Part shown: one piece after another, positions 24,531 to 33,700 of the stretch
How positions within the stretch are numbered: the first letter of the stretch is position 1
How the letters are laid out: every line of letters starts with the position of its first letter
Source: Cytophagales bacterium
GTDB lineage: Bacteria; Bacteroidota; Bacteroidia; Cytophagales; Microscillaceae
DNA length: 42,764 nt
Assembly: GCA_038248005.1 (NCBI GenBank)
Contig: JBBRUH010000001.1
Span: forward strand, 1 to 42,764
Direction of reading: 5' to 3'
The notes under the pieces: model-generated
The model's input: only the letters and a program-made list of their open reading frames with translations
Told to the model about the DNA's origin: nothing
Database searches by the model: none
Program-made: the position numbers and the translations under genes

Positions 24531-24923
24531 TCAGTATGCATCCAAAAACGTACTTTCAAACTCTTGATAATTAGAAAATATCTTATATTCAAGTTCTTTA
24601 TCTGTTAAGCTGTTTTTATATTGCATGGTTTCTTTAAAGTTACTAGAAATATGTTCTTTGATGAAGTAATTTTTCACCATTGATATTTTAGGCACAAAAT
24701 AGCTTGAAAACCAATGTTCAATCTCTTCTGAGTTTTGAAATCTTAGTTTAGTCCGATCCTCAGCTATCATACCTATATCATATTTACAGGCTTGCTCTGC
24801 CACTAAATCTAATACAATCTTGTATTGAAGAGTAGTTAAGAAACTCTTCCAAACTATTTTAATTTTTTTCTCTTCCTTGTTAATAAATACAGCAGCATAA
24901 TTTGCTCCAAATATCTTGTTCAT
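24531..24923 (-). CDS. Hypothetical 130-aa cytoplasmic protein (possibly SpoIIAA-like/STAS-fold)
   Basis: The pattern ..VFINKEEKKIKIVWKSFLTTLQYKIVLDLV......IGMIAEDRTKL......EIEHWFSSYFVPKI resembles small SpoIIAA-like (DUF3478-type) proteins. This is a weak, eye-only call. Confidence 0.4.
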   Translation of the reverse strand: MNKIFGANYAAVFINKEEKKIKIVWKSFLTTLQYKIVLDLVAEQACKYDIGMIAEDRTKLRFQNSEEIEHWFSSYFVPKISMVKNYFIKEHISSNFKETMQYKNSLTDKELEYKIFSNYQEFESTFLDAY

Positions 24924-25139
24924 AAAGACCCTTAATAAGTGTGAATAAATTTAAAATAACAGTTTTTCTGTTATTGTAAGATGGAATTAATACTATGAAG
25001 AAGAATATGATTTATACTCCTAATACCTTAATTTATTCACAAGGTTTTCTATCATCAAAATTTCAACCAAAAAAGCTGTAAGGAAAACAAGAAAAAGTCT
25101 TAAAACAACTCATAAAACTAATTCTTGTTTCTTATTCTG

Positions 25140-25619
25140 TTACCAATTATCTGTACTAAAAAGTAATTGCTCCATCGCATCCGAAGAAGTAGCTACTATA
25201 TCTATGGTAGAGCGAAAATCTTTTTCACTTTGATTTGCAGGTATTTTAGCAGTAAATACTAAAAATACTTGACTGTTTTCTACAATCATTTCCCAAGCTC
25301 CTAGCTTTTTTTGGCTATTATCTGTCAGTAGTTTGGCAAGTTGTGTCTCTGTCGGTCTTTGGTTAGATTGATAAATCACCGAAAAAACTTCTCTAATTTC
25401 CATTTGGTCATATTGGCTAGTAGCAGAATGAACAAAGACCATCTGAGTACGAGATCCTACTGGTACTGTAAATAAAAATGTGCCATCATCTTTGACATCA
25501 TATTTAAAATTTAGTTTGGTAAGGTTTTCAATGACTCTTGTGTCATTTGGTGTTTGAGCCATCAAGGCACAGCTTGAAGAGATAAAAACAAGTAATAATA
25601 GATAAATTTTATTTTGCAT
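25140..25619 (-). CDS. Secreted YbjN-like (putative sensory-transduction-regulator fold) protein
   Basis: Signal peptide MQNKIYLLLLVFISSSCALMAQ. The body (NFKYDVKDDGTFLF..GSRTQMVFVHS...LLTDNS...VFLVFTAKIP...DAMEQLL) follows the YbjN-family pattern. Confidence 0.5.
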   Translation of the reverse strand: MQNKIYLLLLVFISSSCALMAQTPNDTRVIENLTKLNFKYDVKDDGTFLFTVPVGSRTQMVFVHSATSQYDQMEIREVFSVIYQSNQRPTETQLAKLLTDNSQKKLGAWEMIVENSQVFLVFTAKIPANQSEKDFRSTIDIVATSSDAMEQLLFSTDNW

Positions 25620-25702
25620 AGTTTTGTAGTTTAGGTTTCATTAATAAACTTACAAATATTATACTTAATAAACTAATATTCAAAAACTACCCTTTAAAAT
25701 AC

Positions 25703-28309
25703 TTAAAATCTCTTGCCAACTACTACTTTTTCTTTGTAAACTTGTGTCTTTCCATTTAAGTCTAATGCTTTAACCAAGACCATATAATAACCCATTCGTG
25801 CGATTACTCCCGAATTATCAGTGCCATCCCAAGTAAAAAACCCTGCTTCTGTGCCAAGTAAGTTCCTTTCAGCGATTCTTTTTATTTCTCGTCCATTGCG
25901 GTCATAGATAAAAATATCTACTACATAACTTCCTCTGTCAAAAAGGTATTGAATCTGAGTAAAATCACTTTGTCCATCACCATCAGGCGTAAATACAGTA
26001 GGGTTAATTGTAATCTTAGCCGAAGGCTGATTAGCATTGGCTTGCTGTGAGTTTAGATAGCCAGGGGTAGCAAAACCCACATTGGCAGAAGCTGATTTCC
26101 AACTATCTCTCTGGTTAGTAGGCACTTCAAAAGAAATTCTTTCCAAAGACACTCCTTCTTTATCATCTAACAATGGAAAATGAAAATCCTCATTATAATC
26201 AAAACGCTCTATAAGTAGGTCTTGATTATTGATAAGAAATACAGTGCCATCATCATCATTAAAACTAGGCAAACTACTCATCTGTAAAAAAGTACGGGTT
26301 ACGGCAAGAGGGTAGTTATCTTGGATATTATCCGTATTAGCACTTAGCAAAAGATAGCTTTTGGGAGCTAATATGTAATCTTCTGTCGTAATCATTCGTT
26401 GATTGGCGATGATTTCATTGCTTAGATTGGCAAGCTTCCAGTCTTTTAGATTGATAAATTTAGAAGAATGGTTATAAATTTCTATAAAATCATTCCCTGC
26501 TGTTCGGGGGTTAAATAAAATTTCATTTAAGATTACATCCATAAAATCACTCTCAATTGCAAGCCCAAAAACCCCTTGATTAGCATTTCTAATCAAATTA
26601 CCATTGCAATCGGTAAGACCTTCTACACTTACTTGATAGCTTTGATTAGGACTTATTTCAGGGCTAACTTGTAATAAGACTTGTCTAAAAAATGGAGCTA
26701 CGGGAACGACACTCACTACATTTAATCCATTGCTAAGAGAATATGTGCCATTTTGTAAGCTAGTTTGATTCATAGACTCATTAAAGGTAAGTCGTAATGT
26801 TTGTGTATTTAAAGCCTCACTACGCCAAAGTTCAGGAGCAGTCAAATCTGGGCGAGTATCAGCTACAGAGTTTACTCGGCTCGGTGTGCCGCCATTGTTA
26901 GATTCGGAAGCAATCCAGTTTTTGCGGGCTACACAAGGATTTTCTGTATCAATCATCTCAAGAGTCCATCCTCCCTCAGCTTTGCTTGAGTTTTGATACC
27001 AGCTATCAGAATATTCTACTGCAAAGATGAGATTTCCAGTAGCACTTTCTAGCTTGAGCAGTTCACCACTATTGGTAAGTGAAGGAAAGGTTGGAATAGC
27101 AATGGCACTCCCATATAGCTGAAAACCACTTAGACTTGATTGCCCACAAAGCACCACATAAGCACCCGAAGCAAGCACATAATCAGGCAATGTAAAACTC
27201 CCCCCATTGTCTTTTAATACTACATCTTTGAGATTAAGACTTCGGTTAGAACGGTTATAAATCTCGATAAATTCTGCCTCAGGCAAGCCATTGAGAGGTG
27301 CAGCATCTCCTGTAGGGTCTGCCATGATTTCGGTAATGATAAACTCATGGTATTGAGGAGGGGCGTTATAGACAAATGTCGCTTGAGTGGGATTAGGGCT
27401 TAGAGGATTTCCAGATAAATCTTGTAATCCACTGATAGTCAACGTATTGCTAATTCCGCTTATAAAGGAATTAGTAAACTCTAAAAAAACTTGACTAGGA
27501 TTTGAAGTATTTATTTGTGCAGTGAGAGGTATTCCTAAGCCATTATTGACAGTATAATTTGCTACGCTTTGGGCTGAAAGGTTGGTCATCGCCTCACTAA
27601 ATTGAAGGGTAAGTCTTTGGGTGGACTCTACTAAAATATTAAGAAGGGTAGGAGACTCATTGTCTATAATCTCATCACCAATATAAAAATCATCTAAGAA
27701 AAAATTATTTCTGTTGGAAGATGTATGATTACAAACTATCCCAAAGAACTGAGTAGAGTTATATGTATTGTCTAAAAAAGGATTCCCCTCTGAATTAAAT
27801 AACTCTCCTCCAGTAGGGTCAGCAAATATTTCCCAATTTCCCAAAGCATCTCTTACTATTTTGATACGTACTTTTACGGTACTGGAGAAGGCTGTACTAC
27901 CTGTAAAAAGCAAGGTAGAGTTAGCTCCATTCTGGCGAAAAATTCTAATAAAATCATTGCCTGTTTGCCCTATCTCGAGGTAATACCCGTTGAGATTGCC
28001 TTTGAGATTACTTTGATTAGAAACCAAATAGACTCTAAGCTGATTACTGCCAGAAGGAGCAAAACGCAAGTCTATCAGAAATCGCCATTCTTTATCATTT
28101 ATCTGAGCATTAGGAGTACTCAGTGAAAGTATAGCTGTAGCACTAGGCCCTGCACTTCTAAGCTGGGCATTGTCTATTATGAATTCACTCGCATCACCAC
28201 TCCAAGTTGGATTTTGAGTGAAATTTCCATCCAAAAAATTATCTTGGAGTTGGGCAAAAGCACTTAAGGAAATACTCCAAATAATGAGAAGACTAATAAA
28301 ATATTTCAT
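25703..28309 (-). CDS. Large surface protein: N-terminal jelly-roll-like domain, 2 x (Ig-like + lamin-tail domain), T9SS/FlgD-Ig-like C-terminal tail
   Basis: Signal peptide ..SLSAFAQ. LTD motifs are ITEIMADPTG...AEFIEIYNRSNRSLNLKDVVL and LNEILFNPRTAGNDFIEIYNHSSKFINLKDWKL. The tail is VFTPDGDGQSDF...IFIYDRNGREIK...FTWDGTDNSG...GYYMVLV. Confidence 0.8.
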   Translation of the reverse strand: MKYFISLLIIWSISLSAFAQLQDNFLDGNFTQNPTWSGDASEFIIDNAQLRSAGPSATAILSLSTPNAQINDKEWRFLIDLRFAPSGSNQLRVYLVSNQSNLKGNLNGYYLEIGQTGNDFIRIFRQNGANSTLLFTGSTAFSSTVKVRIKIVRDALGNWEIFADPTGGELFNSEGNPFLDNTYNSTQFFGIVCNHTSSNRNNFFLDDFYIGDEIIDNESPTLLNILVESTQRLTLQFSEAMTNLSAQSVANYTVNNGLGIPLTAQINTSNPSQVFLEFTNSFISGISNTLTISGLQDLSGNPLSPNPTQATFVYNAPPQYHEFIITEIMADPTGDAAPLNGLPEAEFIEIYNRSNRSLNLKDVVLKDNGGSFTLPDYVLASGAYVVLCGQSSLSGFQLYGSAIAIPTFPSLTNSGELLKLESATGNLIFAVEYSDSWYQNSSKAEGGWTLEMIDTENPCVARKNWIASESNNGGTPSRVNSVADTRPDLTAPELWRSEALNTQTLRLTFNESMNQTSLQNGTYSLSNGLNVVSVVPVAPFFRQVLLQVSPEISPNQSYQVSVEGLTDCNGNLIRNANQGVFGLAIESDFMDVILNEILFNPRTAGNDFIEIYNHSSKFINLKDWKLANLSNEIIANQRMITTEDYILAPKSYLLLSANTDNIQDNYPLAVTRTFLQMSSLPSFNDDDGTVFLINNQDLLIERFDYNEDFHFPLLDDKEGVSLERISFEVPTNQRDSWKSASANVGFATPGYLNSQQANANQPSAKITINPTVFTPDGDGQSDFTQIQYLFDRGSYVVDIFIYDRNGREIKRIAERNLLGTEAGFFTWDGTDNSGVIARMGYYMVLVKALDLNGKTQVYKEKVVVGKRF

Positions 28310-28403
28310 TCCCTTAAATTAATACTTTTACTTAAAAATGCGAAATTGAGGAGTATAAACTTAGGTTAAATAATTATTAAGTTTTTGGAGAGTATCAGAA
28401 AAT

Positions 28404-29261
28404 TTATCGAATACGAAGCATCTGCCCCGAGTTGAGTGTTGCTTGTCTTAACCCATTGAGACGGATGATTTCTTCGGGTTTGACTTCATATTTACTAGCA
28501 ATGACTACGAGCGTTTCGTTTTGGCCTACTTCATGAAAAAGGTATCCTTGCTTGGGAGTAGCATTGCCATAATGCCTAAAATGGTGAGGTTTGATGAAGA
28601 ATATATCTGAGCGGATTTGATCTTTTTGTTTGAAATCATAGACAAGTTGTGGGTTGATAGTATATCCTTGGTATCTCACCTCAAAATGTAGGTGAGGTCC
28701 AGTGCTATACCCTGTACTTCCTCCTAGACCTAATAATTGCCCTGCTTTTACTTGTTGTCCTACATTTACTTTTCGCTTTGATAAATGAGCGTAAAGTGTT
28801 TCTAAGCCATTGTCATGCTTGATAATGACATAGTTACCATACCCGCCACCATACGTAGAAAGCTTTACATAACCATCAAAAACCACAAAAACAGGCTCTC
28901 CCATTCTTAGTGCTAAATCAATTCCGTGATGAAAATGCCCTTGTCTAGGCCCAAAACCAGAGGTCTTTAGTTGGGTATCTCTTAATGGAGGAGCCCACAG
29001 TTTTTTTGTTTTGACCTCATAGAGTTGAATAAAAATAGGGTCTTTAAGGCTGACAGGGTGGAAACTTCCTTTTTCTTGAAATACATACGTAAAGCCAAGA
29101 CTGGCACAATTTTCTTCGAGAGAGTCTATTTGAGGGTTGGCTTCGTGGGCTTCCTGTGCTACACTTCTATTTAAAAAACTTAGCACTAGAATCCATAAAA
29201 AGAATGCAATCTTTAAATATAAACCTTTGATGATAAATGATAAATGCTTGAATATACGCAT
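28404..29261 (-). CDS. M23-family peptidoglycan metalloendopeptidase with C-terminal LysM domain
   Basis: HHGIDLA and GSTGYSTGPHLHFEVR zinc motifs. LysM: HEVGQNETLVVIASKYEVKPEEIIRLNGL..ATLNSGQMLRI. Met at 29261 (MRIFKHLSF..) gives a signal-anchor N-terminus; the ORF opens at 29351. Confidence 0.85.
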   Translation of the reverse strand: MRIFKHLSFIIKGLYLKIAFFLWILVLSFLNRSVAQEAHEANPQIDSLEENCASLGFTYVFQEKGSFHPVSLKDPIFIQLYEVKTKKLWAPPLRDTQLKTSGFGPRQGHFHHGIDLALRMGEPVFVVFDGYVKLSTYGGGYGNYVIIKHDNGLETLYAHLSKRKVNVGQQVKAGQLLGLGGSTGYSTGPHLHFEVRYQGYTINPQLVYDFKQKDQIRSDIFFIKPHHFRHYGNATPKQGYLFHEVGQNETLVVIASKYEVKPEEIIRLNGLRQATLNSGQMLRIR

Positions 29262-29496
29262 AAAGAATACTTGATTAGAATTACCTGTTTCTTTAATCGA
29301 ATTATAGCTGAGAAGGTTTCCCATAATTACTTCTTTTTTGGAATATAACAAACACGAAAGTGTTTGCGATGAATTAAGATTTTATTTTTTGAGAATAAAT
29401 TATTGAAAGATAAAATCTCTATTTTAATCTGTAAATTTTGCGACATAGGAATAGAAAATCCATACTAAGTTCATACTGCATATCTAACTAATTAAT

Positions 29497-30726
29497 TTAA
29501 TCAAATTGGAACTGGTAAGGTTGATTAGATTTTTTTCCTTTTTTGGCTTTGGGGTTATATTTAGGAATCATATAACTAATATTGAGAGAGAAATTATGAA
29601 GTTTAAAATCGCTATCTATGTATCCAAATTTATAAATTAAATCATCATTTACACCTCTATTTTCTCCAATAACTTGTTGGGTAAGCCCCCAGTTAAATCT
29701 CCCTTCAAGAATAACATCACTGCCTGATTTCAGAAAATTACGAAATCTAAATCCTCCTCCTGCTACAAGGCTGTATTGTAGTTTTTCTCTTTGCTCAAAA
29801 GCAAGTAAATCATACGTGCCAGTGATGGGGTCTCTGCTACCTCCACCAGCAATATCTCCTAAGACATCTATCCTGCTTAAGTCAGTTTGTGCTGACATTA
29901 CATAGTTTACAGCACCTCCTAAGACGAGAAAAGGTTGGATTTTATTTTTGATAAGTTCTTTGTTTACTTTTGATTCAGCGGGATTTTCAGGGCTTTCTTT
30001 ATCTACTTTATATCCTTTTCTTTTGAAATGATATTTAAGTAGGATAGGCAACGAAAGTTGATTTTGAGTTTCGGTAAAAGTAATATTAGCGAAATCTAAT
30101 ACCTGATCACTAAACTGATACCCTTGTTGCCTATATACTAGCTCGGGAACAAGCGAAAACGAACGCTTTTGTCCTCCAAAAGGAAACTCTAAGGCGAGAG
30201 CTACTTCATAACCTAGTTGTGATTGATAGCTACCTCTTGCGATATTAGATTGGTCTATGCTAAAGTTGGTAGTGGTTTCTACTTGGGCAAAATTAGCACC
30301 TACCCTTAATCCTAAATAATAAATTGGTAGTGCCTGTAACTCATAATACAGTTCAAGAAACTCTGGCACTTTAGATTCAGGTATAGAACGTGAATTACGT
30401 GGGTCATACTCAGGGTTATTTTTCAGCTGAGATTTCATGAACTTGACCATGCTTTCCCTTGCTTTTTCATTATCATTTACATAGATATAGATAAGGGTCA
30501 TGTATTTGTAAGCTTCTATCTTTTCCTCTTTTTTGAGTGATTTACCTTCTAGGCATCCTAATAAGATATTCTCACTTACTACTTTATCAATGGTACCTTG
30601 ATTATAGGCATCTTTGACTTGAGCTAGTTTTTGGGAGCACTCTTGGTCTTGTGCTACCATGATTTGAAAAGGAATCATTAAGGAAAGTAGAAGAATACCC
30701 CATTTTTCAAAGAATAATTGTATCAT
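29497..30726 (-). CDS. Outer-membrane beta-barrel protein (PorT/OMP_b-brl_2-like) with ~110-aa helical (TPR-like) N-domain
   Basis: Signal peptide MIQLFFEKWGILLLSLMIPFQIMVAQ from Met 30726. A helical segment is followed by alternating-hydrophobic beta strands (YYLGLRVGANFA, YEVALALEFPF, LVLGGAVNYV, YSLVAGGGFRF). Confidence 0.65.
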   Translation of the reverse strand: MIQLFFEKWGILLLSLMIPFQIMVAQDQECSQKLAQVKDAYNQGTIDKVVSENILLGCLEGKSLKKEEKIEAYKYMTLIYIYVNDNEKARESMVKFMKSQLKNNPEYDPRNSRSIPESKVPEFLELYYELQALPIYYLGLRVGANFAQVETTTNFSIDQSNIARGSYQSQLGYEVALALEFPFGGQKRSFSLVPELVYRQQGYQFSDQVLDFANITFTETQNQLSLPILLKYHFKRKGYKVDKESPENPAESKVNKELIKNKIQPFLVLGGAVNYVMSAQTDLSRIDVLGDIAGGGSRDPITGTYDLLAFEQREKLQYSLVAGGGFRFRNFLKSGSDVILEGRFNWGLTQQVIGENRGVNDDLIYKFGYIDSDFKLHNFSLNISYMIPKYNPKAKKGKKSNQPYQFQFD

Positions 30727-30779
30727 GTTGTGTTGTGTATAATTCAATGTGAGATTTTATTTTCCAAGAAATTGCTTGT

Positions 30780-33700
30780 TTATTTTTTTATAGGTTCTAA
30801 ATCATCTTTAGTAATCTCCTCACCAAGACCATATTGATTACAAGTTTTTTCATAATAAATAGTGCTACCTGTCTTTCCCTGATTTTTTGTGTTAGATTTA
30901 TCATCTTCTTTATTTTGAAGAGTTGCTACAAAACGTTCCCATTCTTTTTTACTCATATTTCGGGTAAGTTCAGGACATATCTGCGAAGACATTGTCTCTA
31001 AATCAGTAGGCCAAGCCCTCACTAAATTATCTCTACAGCCTGCTAATAATTGACTTCCATCTGCATTAAAAGTAATAGACCAAACCCAGTCTTTGTGGTC
31101 TTTGAGGATAATAGGTGGTCGGTCAAAATCCTTCTTTTCTCTGATATTCCAAATGCGTACAGTCTGGTCAAAACTTCCTGTGGCAAGTTTAGAACCATCT
31201 TTGCTAAAGGCCATTTGATTTACACGGGCAAAATGACCCTTCAGGATACCTTTTTGTGATTTTCTTTGTACATCATAAACCTGCACCATACCATTGGCAT
31301 CACCTACTGCTAAGAATCGTGCATCATCACTCAGAGCCAATGAAATAATAGTACTTAGCCCTGAAATAGGAAAAGCTTGTTTTTGGGTATAATCACCAGT
31401 CAGAAGCACTACTTGATTTCCGAGAGCATACACCACGATGCCTTCAGAAGAAGCAATGGCATTAATCTGTCCTTGTTGTGGTTGTATCACACGGCTAGTA
31501 CCAATTTGGACATCGGCTAGATTAATATTTCCACCTTCATCAGCGAAGATAAGTCGTTGATTATCTATAAAAGTAACATACCAAACCTGCCCTATTGCGG
31601 CTTGCTCGAGTTTAATTTTCTTAGGTGCAACTTGTAGATTGCCATTGGCAAAGAGTTGTACACCTGAATAATTACCTACACAAGCCAACCAATTTTGGCT
31701 AGGACTCATCGCCAATGCTCTATGAATAGAATCTTGTTTTATACTTTGAATGATTTGATGGCTTTGGCTGTCCCAAAGAATGATTTTACCATCACTACCA
31801 GCCGAATAAATCTGATTTCCTTGTTTACTGACCAAACCTCTTACATTGGCACCATGCGCTATGAGTTGATTATATTGGTCTCCTTTGAGTGCTTTGAGAG
31901 CATAATATAAGCCATTATAAATTTCAGGATTGCTAGGGTCACCACCACTTCGCTTATGAAAGCGGTAGGCTTGCTCTGCTATGAGTGCTTTTCGTTCTTT
32001 TTCGTCTTGGTCAGATTGAGGGAGTTCTAGAGATTTAATAGCCATTGTGCTGGCTATAGAGAGCAAGCGTAGTTTGTCAGCCTCTTCTCGTGCGAGTTGT
32101 GCGAGTTGCTTTTCTATTTCAGCAAGTTCTTTGTTCATTTCTGCGATTTTCGCTTCTTTTTTCGCTTTTTCCTCAGCAGTACGAGCCTCCTCAGCTTTTG
32201 CTCTGGCGATTCCTTCTGAGATAACGGCCGCCTCAGCAGAAAGCCTAGCTTTTTCTTTTTGAATCTCAGCAATGCCTCTTTGAAGTATTGCTTCTTTTGT
32301 TTTTACTTTTGCATCATCTTCAGCTGCTTTTGCTTTTTTGGCTTCTCGTTTGGCATCTTCGGCTGCTTTCTTAGCTTCAATGGCAGATTTCCTAGCAATT
32401 TCCCCTTTTTCTAATGCTAATTTCCCCTGCCTAGTAGCCTCCTGACTTTGTTGCCAAGCGAAGCCCGCCAAGATAATCGCAAAAATAAGGGCTGCTATGA
32501 TAAATCTAAAGATAAAATTATCTCTTCGGCGATCTCTGAGTCGCTTCTGTTCTTTATTGACAAGAAGTTGCTCGTGTGCTTCTTTGCTAGACTCTAAGAA
32601 CCACATAGTGCGGTCATAAGTAGGGTGATAGCGAGTTCCCCAAGCTTTGGTGGGTTTTTGTTTGTTTCGCCAGTCTAGGGCTATTTCTAAATCAGGATTT
32701 GTCCAGAGTCCTGCTTGTCCTTTTTGGTGTTTTTCGGCATCTTCAGCAAGACGCAGATAAAGCTTTACGGATTCTGCTTCTTCTTCCACCCAAGTTTGTA
32801 AGGTAGTCCAGACACGGATAAGGCTTTCATGAGAAATATCTACAATGCTATCACCATTGAGAGGTTCTTCTTCGGGAGGCATTAAAAGCCCTCTATCTTT
32901 ACGGCGAAAAGGTTCTACTATAGCCATTACTTCGGCTTCTGAGGTATCTACCTCATGAGCGATTTCTTTGACTTGTGCTGGTCTTCTGACACGTCTGCCA
33001 TCATTGGTGATTTCTGTAATTGTCCTGAATATCTTAGCACAGATATTTCTTTGCTCTGGTGGAAGTTCATTATAAGCCTCATTGGCATGTACTGAGAGTG
33101 CTTGAGCGATTCCTCCTATGCTTTCATAGTGATAGACTTTGATAGTAGAATCTCTGTTACGGTGCTGTTGCCACTCATTCCAAGTTCGCATCAAGGCATG
33201 TTGCATCAGAGGGAGTTGATCAGGAATTTCTTCTACATCATCTAGCACTTTTTTTACTAACTCATCTTCTATCTCAGCATTCATATACTCAATAGGTCCT
33301 TTGATGGCGGCTCGTTTTTCTTCACGAGTCATAAAGGGAATCAGGAACTGACTGTCATTGATTTTCTTGGTAAAATTAGGATACCTTGAGCAGTTGCCGA
33401 TAAAATCAGAACGCATCGTGATGACCACATAGATAGGCACTTCTGCCTGTGCAGTGAGGTCTAATAATAACTGTACAAACTGTTCAGAAGAAGTATGATT
33501 TGATTTATTGATGTTTTCGAAGCGAAATAACTCTTCAAACTGATCTACAAAGATGAGTCTATTATGAGGGTTTTCTTCAAATTCTTGGCGTAGCTGTGTG
33601 GAAATTTGTGAATACTCAGTAGTGTCTTCGGGAACGCCAAGAGCATCGAGGAGATTTTGAAGGGGTGCTTCCCCAGGCTGCATATTACTTATTTTCCATT

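Noticed and set aside
29349-29366. Small hairpin caaacac-gaaa-gtgtttg between the barrel and M23 genes (a GNRA-like loop on the plus strand).
   Set aside because: A 7-bp stem is expected by chance. On the transcribed (minus) strand the loop is UUUC, and it is not followed by a proper U-run. It is kept only as a note for operon mapping.
32047-32262. 71-aa Ser/Ala-rich plus-strand ORF.
   Set aside because: It is antisense to the Lys/Ala/Glu-rich coiled-coil segment of the STAND protein. GCN/GAA-rich codons read backwards give open Ser/Ala frames, so it is not independent coding evidence.
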